A DNA stretch of 64,000 nt from Octopus sinensis (Eukaryota): assembly GCF_006345805.1 (NCBI RefSeq), contig NC_042998.1, positions 69,006,001 to 69,070,000 on the forward strand, written 5' to 3'. Below, piece after piece: positions 11,604 through 23,400 of the stretch. The notes under the pieces are model-generated. The model worked only from the letters and a program-made list of their open reading frames with translations. It was not told the origin of the DNA and ran no database searches. Numbering within the stretch: position 1 is the first letter of the stretch; every line of letters starts with the position of its first letter. Position numbers and translations under genes: made by a program.

Positions 11604-13680
11604 GTAGAAGAACAATGATGTTGAGAAAGTGTATTATATAATAATAATGAAATTATTGTATACAGTGCTCAGGTGCACCACAACTTGTCAGAAAGTGCAT
11701 ATAAAGTACATGCAGTAATGTAAAAATGTCTGGAAAGCGAACAATGTATGAGTCAGATACATGCCTGTGTGTGTATGGAGGGGAGAAATCAGGTGTAGTG
11801 TTGGCGAATCTCAGAAAGCATGGAAGTTTTGAAGGATGCAGTGCTCCGACAACTAACAACTGATGCTGGCAGTTTGTTCCATGCTTCAGCAACTCTCAGC
11901 GTGAAAAAATGTTTCCTGAAGTCATGGGAGCTGTGCTGTTTTCTGACTTTGTAAATATGTCCACGGGTGTTAGATGGGTAGAGTTTGAAAAGGTGCTCAG
12001 AGTTATTGTTTGTACGATGGTTGATAATTTTATGGGTGTCTGCCAAGTCAGCTGCCAGACATCAGAGTTTCAATGTGTCCATCCCCAGGGAAGTAAGGCG
12101 TCAGGATATGGCAAATGCCTGATGGAGGGTATTCTTTTGGTTGCACATCGCTGAACAGCTTCCAGACGATTGATATCCTGGGCAAGATAGGGGTTCCAGA
12201 CGATTGATATCCTGGGCAAGATAGGGGTTCCAGACCGGTGATGCGAATTCCAGGTGAGGTCTTACCATAGCTATATAAAGCCGCAGATAGATAGCCAGAG
12301 AGCAGCTCACAAAGGATTTGGTGAGTGATGCCAAGACACCCTCAGCTTTCTTGACAATTTTAGCGATGCGTTTTGTCCAACGCAAATCACTGTCGACAAT
12401 AACACCCGGGTCACGTTCACATGAAGACTTTTTGAGACTAGTGTTGTGGAGGGAGTAGGTTGACGCTGGGTTTCTCCTCCCAAAATGCATGGTGGTACAT
12501 TAGTCCACAGCCAGCTTGAGTTGCCAGTCCATGATCCACTGCTGCATTGTGTTCAGGTCTGCTTGCAATAGAGATCTATAGTGTACAGGATTTGACCTCT
12601 TTATTTCGAGGTACAGCTTGATGTCATCTGCATATTTCAGCATTCTTTAAGTTGGTATCTATGTCATTAACATATGCAACAAATAAAAGGGGGCCAAGAA
12701 CAGATCCCTGTGGTACACCAGATGTCATCTCATAGGGCGAAGAGTGCTGTCCTAGAACTGTGACAACCTCTTTTCGGCTGAAAATAAAGGACTTCAACCA
12801 GTTATAGAGTTCGTCTCTTACACCCAACGCAGAAAGCTTCACCATAAGTCTTTTGTGTGGCACAGAGTTAAAAGCCTTAGCAAAGTCCAGGTAAACAACA
12901 TCCACCCAGGATCCGCGATCAGTGATTTGGGTAACATCCTCAAGAAACTCGATGAGTTGATTACAGCAGCTGGAGTTAAGAATAAATCCGAATTGTGACG
13001 GCTGGATGAGGCTGTGAGACTTCCAGAAGTTCCAGAGGGTTTCTCTGATACAGGATTCCATCAGTTTGGCGATGCAGCTAGTAAGACTGACGGGGCGATA
13101 GTTGACAGGCGATGTGCGGTCGCCTTTTTTTAACAGAGGGATGACACTGGCAGTTTTCCACTGTTCTGGAGTAACACCATTGTCAAGACAGAATTGGAAG
13201 AATAGAGAAAGTTGGCTTAGAAGAAAGTACCCACGCGTTTGAGAAGTAGGTATGTAACAGAGTTTATCCATCATAGAAGTATGGTGTCCTTTCTTTTGAC
13301 CTGGGATCTTCTGAAAGTTTGTGGCACATTGAAAGCAGATCGAAAGCAGATCGAAACATAACATTTACTCCCTCAAATCAATATCTATCTATTATGTGTG
13401 TGTGTGTGTATGGGAAGGCCGGTTTATGGAATTATCCTGGGTTTCCCGTCCATAAAGGACTTAACTTTATGGCGTATTGTCAGACTCCAGAACCTGTTAG
13501 CCTATTTTGCTGAGATCTTACGCCAACAGGTCTTGGGGTCTGAGGATATGCCATAAAATTAAACCCTTTATGGATGGGAAACCCAGGATAATCCCGTAAA
13601 CTGCCCTTCCCCAGTAAAAAATATAAACTGCTCTATATCTTAGAGTGTGCTTCTTCTCCGGATTTATGTTTTCTACAAAC

Positions 13681-13711
<31 letters not shown>

Positions 13712-16700
13712 CATCATCATCATTTAATGTCCGCTTTCCATGCTAGCATAAGTTGGACAATTTGACTAAGGACTGGTGAGCCAGATGGCTGCACCAAGCT
13801 CTAATCTTGATCTGGCAGAGTTTCTACACCTGGATGCCCTTCTTAACGCCAACCACTCTGAGAGTGTAGTGGGTGCTTTTACGTACCACTAGCACGAAGG
13901 CCAGTCAGGCAGTACTGGCAATGGCTACGCTCAAATGGTGTTTTTTACATGCCACCTGCACAGGAGCCAGTTCAGGGGCACAGGCAACGACCTCACTCGA
14001 ATGTTTTTCCCATGCCATTGGCACAAGTGCCAGTAAGGCGACGCTGGTAATGATCATGCTTGATTGGTGCTTTTTACGTGCCACCGTCACGGAAGCCAAT
14101 TAGCTGCTTTGCAGTGATCACGCTCGGATGGTGCTCTTAGCGCTCCTCTAGCACAGATGCCAGTCATCGAATTTGATTTCGATGCAGATATGGGTACAGG
14201 ACGTCAAAAAAGCGTGAACAAAATGAGAAACAAGAACACAAAAAGCAAAAACATGGAAAAAAAATTTTTTTCGAGCTATGAAAGAAACAAATAGAGAAAC
14301 AAGACAGGCAACATAAAGAATATTCCCTTCATCAGTTGTCCCCTGTTTTATCTACTCTGCGTTTCAAACGTAGGGACAAGACGCGACTTCATTAAAACAG
14401 TCCTTCCCGCAAAGCAAATTAAAAACACTTGGGATTTGTGGAGGGTTAGGGTGGTGACTTTTGTTTTTGTATTTGGTCTGCAAGATTCTTTATGTGAATT
14501 TGTGTGTTGAAGCATATTTTATTGTATCTGGGAAGTCATACTCTTTTAGTGCCTTATTACTTAACACACCAGTTCAATTTCCACTCATTTACTTATTTAT
14601 ATTTTCTAGAATTTTTGCTGCGTCTTGCAACCTTTTCAATAGTCATTGACTATGTCCATTATCAGAGCTGCATTCTTTTTGTTTGCTTGTTTGTGTGCAT
14701 GGGTATACACATACACATGTATGTATAGCAACAGTGCCAAGCAGTGATTAGGAATAAACAAACTTGTGACATATTTCAACTTCTAAAGGCAAATTTACTG
14801 CACTAACCATGCTGAAAGAATTCTACGGTGTTTTTACATCTTTTACCAGATGAGAGAATCTTTTCTCCTGTAACTGCAGTGAATTTGCCTTAAGAAGTTA
14901 AAATATATCAAACATATCTTAACTAACCTACAGTTCACACACACATAGGCGTAGCTGTGTGGTGAGTAGCTTGCTTTCCAACCACATGGTTCCAGGTTCA
15001 GCCCCACTGCATGGCACCTTGGGAAAATGTCTTCTACTATAGCCTCGGGCCAACCAAAGCCTTCTGAGTGGATTTGGTAGATGGAAACTGAAATTTATGT
15101 ATTTGTGTGGGTGTGTTTGAATTTGTCTACCCACCATTGCTTGACAATTGATGTTGGTGTTTAAATGATATATATATCATTTAGCGTCCGTTTTCCATGC
15201 TGGCATGGGTTGGACTTTTGACTGGGGTCTGGGAAGCCAGGAGGCTGCACCAGGCTCCAGTCTGATCTGGCAGTATTTCTACAGCTGGATGCCCTTCCTA
15301 ACACCAACCACTCTGAGAGTGTAGTGGGTGATTTTTCACGTGCCACCTGTACAGGGACCAGAGGGGGCTGGCATCAACCACAATCGGATGGTGCTTCGAA
15401 AGAAAAGAGACATAAGGAAAGCTTCTAACAATGCAGAAATTTTTGCAGAAACCTTTATATTTTGGGCACAAAGGCCTACCGTCAGAAAGAAACTGTCCAA
15501 GAAATGTGTAGTTACATCGATTTTGCTATCCTATTTTAAACTGTGCTTGGGATTTGGGTTAGCAGCAGCAGCAACAACTCTACAACGCTCCTATGTGTAT
15601 GTATGTGTGTGTGTATACAGATTGATACATACATGTATGTATTGATGTATGTATGTATCTATTCATATATCATACATTGAATGTAAAGAATTTGGAAGTC
15701 ATTTTCTGTTCTCTCCTGCCAGCTGATATGTTGACATTGAGGGTGACCAACTGAAAGACTTGGACACTTGCCTAGGGACTTCTTTCACACATGTACATGC
15801 ACACACTTACACACAAGGATGTAAGGGTACACATGTCTGTGAGTACTCAGCCACTTGCAAGCTAATTTTGCAAGCAGGCTGTTCTACTGATTGAATTTAC
15901 TGGAACCACGTGGTTGTGAAATAAACTTCTCGACCACATAGCTATGCCTGTGTCTAACATATTTATAATAATTATTTTTCTTCTTCACACATTTCAAATT
16001 TTTTCATGGATAATAATAAAACAGACAAAATGTTCTTACGTCCATTAACCGCAACTGTAATTAACTGTCTTGAGTTTGGTTCCGTACCATCAGAATTAAC
16101 TATTTGAGCTGTTAATCCAGGCGGCAGCAACTGTACATTGTCCGTTTGTACAATGGCCGTGCCATCTGCTTGGATTATATGAGCTTCATGAATCGTCATT
16201 GGTGACGATCCAGTTTCAACCAACTGAGTACCATCAACTAAATGTGTTGCCTCAACGATTTGGTGCGTGCCATCAGCAGTTTGTATATACTGGGAGCTGT
16301 CTGCTGGCACAACTTGTAAAGTTGTTACAGATTCTGATGACAGAGCTGTAGCAGAAATCTCTGAATGAAGTTCTTCACATTGCTGATCATGTGAAATGTT
16401 CGTCTCATCGTCAATGGCAGAAGTGACAGTTAATGGTTCGTTATTCATCACATCAGATGAAATTGATGGTAACTGGAAGATGAAAAATAGCAGCAAAATA
16501 GAAATTTGATAGAATTACCAAAAACAGAAAATGAAGGAATTTTCATCATTACTCATTACCGTTAATATTTCCTTTCAAAAAAGATTAGCAAATTGGCAGA
16601 AACATTAAGACAATGGACAAAATACTTAGCAGCATTTCTTCATGCTCTTTATAATCTGACATCAAATCTTGCTGATGTCAACTTTGTCTTTCATCCTGTC

Positions 16701-17862
16701 ATAGTCATCATCACCATCACCATTTAACGTCTGCTTTCCATGCTGGCATGGGTTGGACGGTTTGACTGAGGACTGGTAAGCCAGTGGGCTACACCAGGCT
16801 CCAATCTGATCTGGCAAGGTTTCTACAACTGGATGCCCTTCCTAATGCCAACCACTCCGAGAATGTAGTGGGTGCTTTTTACGTGCCACTGGCATGGGAA
16901 CCAATCAGCGGACTGGCATCAATCACGTTTGGATGGTGCTTTTTACATGCCACCAGCACAGGAGCCAATCAGGGGTCACTGGCATCAACCACATTTGGAT
17001 GGTGCTTTTTACATGCCACCAGCACAGGAGCCAGTCAAAAGTAAAGTACCAGTCAAGCACTTGACCATTATCTTTCCCCTTAAAACTGCTGGTCTTCTGC
17101 CAAAATTTGAAACAATATTATTTTTGCCCACGTAAAAACACCATTTGAGTGTGGCTGTTGCCAGTACCGCCTGACTGGTCCTCATGCCGGTGGTACGTAA
17201 AAGCACCCACTACACTCTCGGAGTGGTTGGTGTTAGGAAGGGCATCCAGCTGTAGAAACATTGCCAGATCAGATTGGAGCCTGGTGCAGCCATCTGGTTC
17301 GCCAGTCCTTAGTCAAATCATCCAACCCATACTAGCATGGAAAGCAGACATTAAACGATGATGATGGTGATTGTTAAAGTTGATTCCATCCTCCAGGGTC
17401 AACAAAAAAATGTCAGTTAAGTACTAATTCAATCTGATAAGAAAGACATCCAATTGTAGAAACCAAGACAAAAATTAAACATATGGAGAAACATGTGATC
17501 CTCTGACCGCTGTAAAAACAACAATGTATTTAAATAAGTACCAACTTGGATTACGACATATCATCCGACTCATGACAACATGGAAAAACAGACCCAAAAT
17601 GATATTTCATTCATTCACATTCCAGTACATACTAAGTTTATTAATTACAAATGACCACTACAAACCTAATTAAAACATACTGTCATATATAGGGTGTCTG
17701 CTAGTCAATATTGACCACCTATTAGCTTGTAACCCAACCAAATGGTTCTGAGTTCTGTCCCACTGTGTGGCATCTTATGCAAATGTCTTCTACAATAGCC
17801 TTGGGCTGACCAAAGCCTTGAGAGTGTATTTAGTAGTCAGAAACTGAAAGAAGCCCATCATA

Positions 17863-17906
<44 letters not shown>

Positions 17907-19483
17907 GTTCCCCACCACTATTTGACAACTGGTATTGGTGTGTTTACGTTCCTGTAACTTAGCAGTTCAGCAAAAGAGACTAAGTACCAGGCTTAAAACA
18001 AATAAGTCCTAGGGTTGATTTATTTGACTAAAAATTCTTCAAAGTGTTGCCCCGGCATGGCCACAGTCTAATGACTGAAACAAATGGAAGACAATATACA
18101 TGTAGACTCAGGTAAAATTGTCTGAGGAAGACTAACAGTTGCCCATACATGCAAATCTCCTCTCTCTGTATTACTGATGTTTATCTAAGGGAAATACCAC
18201 TGGCTTGGATTATACAGCCTGGCACACAGTCCTTGCTGTCAGAACACAAAGAGCCCACAATGTATTTCATCTGACTTTCTGACAGTTTCAAGAATCATTT
18301 GTCCTGGATTGGTACTTTTTTTTATTGACCCCAAAAAGATGAAATCAAAGTCGACCTTGGTAGGAATTGAACTCAGACCACAAGGGGTTTGAACAAATAC
18401 CATCAGACAGCCTATCCAACGCTCTAATGACGCTTTTCTTCTCTAGGCACAAGGCTCAAAATTTTTGGGGAGACAGGAGCAGTCAATTAGATCAATCCCA
18501 ATAAGCAACTGGTACTTAATTTATCAACCCCAAAAGGATGAAAAGCTAAGTCAACCATGGCGGAATTTGAACTCAGAATGTAAAGACAGACGAAATACCA
18601 GTAAGCATTCCGCCTTTCATGTTAACATTTCTTATTTCTTTATTGCCCACAAGAAGCTAAACATAGAGGGGACAAACAAGGAAAAACAAAGGGATTAAGT
18701 CGATTAGATCGACCCCAGTGTGCAACGAAAGGGAAAGTTGATCTCGACAGAATTTGAACTCAGAATGTAACGGCAGACAAATACTGCTGAGCATTTCGCC
18801 TGGCATGCTAACGTTTCAGCCAGCTCACCACCCTAAGCCTCTAATGACACTGCCAAATCGGTGCTATCACTACATATATTTACCTGGATAAAACTTCCAG
18901 CAGAAATAAGACTTGGATGTATTTTCGAAAGTAGTTGAGCAGTTTCAGGTGTTAAACTTGTAGAGACTTGTGTTGTGCCATCACTTAAATGCGTCTCGAT
19001 TCGAGAGATTACGTGTTGACCATCTGAAAGTAAAAGTTAAAATTATACAGTCTGAGTCATTTAACATATTTGATACAATTAATCAAGAAATATTAATTAA
19101 TTCTAATTATACCTTGACTAACGAGAAAACTTGAATAGCAAAATGATTAACATAAGTAACAAAAATAAAGGGAGATAATAAAGAAAATTAATAATTAAAT
19201 ATAAGGTGTTTAAAAAGTCTCTCCGCAATAAGTATTTTATCACAAAATAAATATTTATAAGATGGTATAAGACTACAAAAGAATATATTAGATTTTAGAA
19301 GACTTTAAAAAACTTTATAAGAGGTGTTGAAAGTGTCGTCCTTCGTTTTCAATAAATAAGTTTACTCTTCTACACATGTTTTGAAGTATATCTTGGAAAG
19401 TCTGAGTCTTGGAGAGTCAGGATGAAAAAAAATTCACTGCGGAGAGAATTTTCGAACATCCTGTATAAATATAGTGTGAAGTG

Positions 19484-19516
<33 letters not shown>

Positions 19517-20301
19517 TGTGTACAGTGCTCAGGTGCACTACAACTCATCTAAAGTGTATATATAATCAGGTGTAGTTTCGGCGGATTTCGGAAAGCATGA
19601 GGGCCTTAAAAGATGCAGTGTCATGGCAGTCAACAACTGACGCAGGCAGTTTATTCCATGCTTCAGCAACTCTGAGCGTGAAAAAATGTTTCCGAAAGTC
19701 ATGGGAGCTGTATTGTTTTCTGACTTTGTAGGCATGTCCACGTGTGTTAGACACATGGAGATCAAAAAGGTGTTCAGTGTTGTTGTTGGTGAGGTGGTTG
19801 ATAACTTTGTGGGTGTTTACCAAGTCCGTCGCCAAACGCCGGAGCTTCAGTGAATCCATGCCCAGGGAAACAAGGCGCTCAGAATATGGTAGGTGTCTGA
19901 TGGAGGGTATGCGTTTGGTTGCACGTCTCTGGACAGATTCCAGGAGGTCAATGTTCTGTGCAAGATAGGGGTTCCAAACTGATGATGCGAATTCCAAGTG
20001 TGGTCGTACCATAGCTGTATACAGTTTTAAATAGATGGCTGGAGAGCGGCTAACAAAAGACCTGCTGAGTGATGCCAAGACACCCTCGGCCTTCCTGACA
20101 ATCTTAGAGATATATATACATACATACATATATATCACTACACTCACAGAGTGGTTGGCGTTAGGAAGGGCATCCAGCTGTAGAAACACTGCCAGATCAG
20201 AGTGGAGCCTGGTGCAGCCTCCTGGCTTCCCAGAGCCCGGTCAAACCGTCCAACCTGTGTTACCACGGAAAACGGACATTAAACAATGATGAGGATGATG
20301 A

Positions 20302-20347
<46 letters not shown>

Positions 20348-20459
20348 TGTGTGTGACCCAACCACTTGACAATTAGTGTTGGGGTTTCTATGACCCTGTA
20401 ACTTGGTGGTTCAGCAAAAAAAGACAAATAGAATAAGTAACAAAATTTTGATAACAAAA

Positions 20460-20495
<36 letters not shown>

Positions 20496-23400
20496 GACCA
20501 AGTTGTTTGACTAAACTCTTCAAGTTGGTGCCCCAGCATGGTCACCGTCCAAAAACTGAAACAAGTAGAAGATAGAAAATTACCTTCTCCTGGGTTCTGT
20601 GTAAACGTGACTGTCACAGTTTCTGGGACAGCATTAGGGTTATCACTGTTGTTGGTTCCATTAGAACCAGTGTTCCAGACACTTGTTGTGCCCAGCTGGG
20701 TCATATCACAGCTTTTGTCACCATCCTGAGAATTTTGCATATCACTACTGGCAATTATCTCCAAGTTAAGATGCTGAAAGTAAAGAGAGACAAACACAAA
20801 ATTAGCCCAATTAACAATTTAATTACCTAGCATTAAAGCAAATAGAGTTATTTTGCTTCAGTCATTACACTGCAGCAACACCTAGACTTTTTAGTTCAAT
20901 GAATCAGCCCCAGTACTTAACACACACACACACATTTATATATAAGATGTAAAACGCACCATCTGAATGTGGCCAATGTCAGTGCCTCCTGACAGGCTAC
21001 TGTGCTGGTGGCACATAAAAAGCACTATCTGAAAGTGATCAATATCAGGGCCACCTGACTGGCTCCTGTGCCGGTAGCATGTAAAAGCACCCACTACACT
21101 CTCAGAGTGGTTGGCGTTAGGAAGGGCATCAAGCTGTAGAAACGTAACTGGCTTTCCAGACCTCAATCAAACTTTCCAAAGCCAGCATGGAAAACGGACG
21201 TTAAACGATGATGATGATGATGATGATGGGTTTCTTTCACCAAATCTACTCGCAAGGCTTTGATCAGCTCAAGGCTATAGTAGGAGACACTTGCCCAAGG
21301 TTCCACATAGTGGGACTGAACCCATAACCATGTGGTCGGGAAGCTGGTTTCTTCAGTCTTTACAAGTATCATGCTAAGTCAAGACAAAGAGATAGTAACA
21401 GACACACACATTCAGCTTCTTTCAGTTTCCGTCTACCAAATCCTGAAACCAACATAGAAGACACTTTCCCAAGGTGCCATGCAAAGGGACTGAACCCAGA
21501 ACCTTGTAGTTGGGAAGCAATGCACTCACATATCTACCACAACCCCACTGACTCACTTGAGTTCGCTACAAAACCATGCCAAAGCAGACAATAGAGCTTG
21601 GTACAGACCTTCAACTTGCCAGCTCCTGTCTAACTGTACAACCCATGCCAGCATGGAAAACAGACAGTGAACAACGACGACAATAATGATGATGATGATG
21701 ATATATGCATGTGTTTTGTGTGAGTGATTGCATACTTCCTCCTGTCTTTACATGTTTACTGACTGTAAACAAAACACAACTGCCTGGTTATCAAATATTG
21801 ATGATGTCATATGCTTGCAGTCAACTGCAAATGCATGTCCAGGCTTCCTAACTTGTCTTGACATGTTGTGTGTGATCTTTGTAAACAAAAAAGCGACTCA
21901 GAACTATGTCTGGAGTCGTCTGCTGTTCAACAGACCAAGGCATTATTACCTTGTTTGGAAATAGGAGAAGGTCATCCAGCCAAAGAAAATCTTTCTCAAT
22001 GAAACATGGAAAAATGGATATTAAAACATTGATGATGATGATGATGAATGACAAGGCAAAAAAAAACAAACAAAGAAAAAAGCTTACAGCAGGAGAAGTA
22101 TAAGGAAGTTTCCCAGTTCCGATGTCTTTGAGAGCTTGATGGATGTGATTCTTCAGATCGTTAACAGTAGGAAAGAGTGTGAGATCATGGCGTTCAGGAC
22201 TGTTATCAGGATTCCCTGGGTACAATTCTTTGGTTACAAAATTCCTGAAAGTTTCAGATTACAATAAAGTAAAACTCATCATACTTTCTCACACAGTCAT
22301 ATATATATAAATATATATACATCAGTGCTGGCTCTCGCTACAGAAAACTTGTAAAGATAAGTTTCAAAAAGTGACTGAATTGCACTTCTAACACAGGTAG
22401 GACACATTATTGACTTGTAAGCCTTTAATATACTTGGTAGTATATTATGGTTGTATAACAAAATATGGTGCCCCAACCCACCTGCAATTAATAAGTACAT
22501 ACCAGTTGTCAGGAATGTGTTTAATATTTAAAATTAATAAATCCAATTGTGTTACACAGCTAAATATTAGTAGTTATTTAAGCAATATGTTTGTGTATGG
22601 TTAATGAGTTGGATGTGATATTGAAGAAGGAGCAAGAACACCTGAAATATGCATATACACCAATTACCTATTTTTCATCTTTGATTCTTGATTCCGAATT
22701 CCTTTTGCCAAGACTGTCCGTAAACGAAGTGATCCCAAGATAAGAAATCCTTGAACTTTAATTCATCCCGTATTTCTATTTATTATTATTATTTATTAAT
22801 TATTATTATTCTGATCCCCCTAGACGCCACTCTGTTTACTATTTCAGCCTCGCCTCGTTTTTGCATATTCTGTATAATTCACTAGTTATCGTTATAGATA
22901 TTTAAGATCTATTCTCCCTTACAGGGCTGATAGAAATTGGCTGCCGATTCTTCGCGCCCTTCTCTCCCCCTCTTTTTACATTGTCTGTCTGGACTCCTAT
23001 GCATACTTAAGCTAGTAACCTGCCTCATTCTTGATTCCGAATTCCTTTTGCCAAGACTGTCCGTAAACGAAGTGATCCCAAGATAAGAAATCCTTGAACT
23101 TTAATTCATCCCGTATTTCTATTTATTATTATTATTTATTAATTATTATTATTATTCTGATCCCCCTAGACGCCACTCTGTTTACTATTTCAGCCTCGCC
23201 TCGTTTTTGCATATTCTGTATAATTCACTAGTTATCGTTATAGATATTTAAGATCTATTCTCCCTTACAGGGCTGATAGAAATTGGCTGCCGATTCTTCG
23301 CGCCCTTCTCTCCCCCTCTTTTTACATTGTCTGTCTGGACTCCTATGCATACTTAAGCTAGTAACCTGCCTCATTCTTGATTCCGAATTCCTTTTGCCAA

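Noticed and set aside
14150-14450. Hammerhead at minus-strand CTGATGA (14329-14335) in a Penelope-like remnant
   Set aside because: The GAAAC and helix II could not be placed in a valid type I, II or III geometry; at best a decayed element end.
23270-23305. Hammerhead ribozyme in the 343-bp unit (CTGATAGA)
   Set aside because: The core is not CUGANGA, and there is no GAAA after the enclosed helix on either strand.
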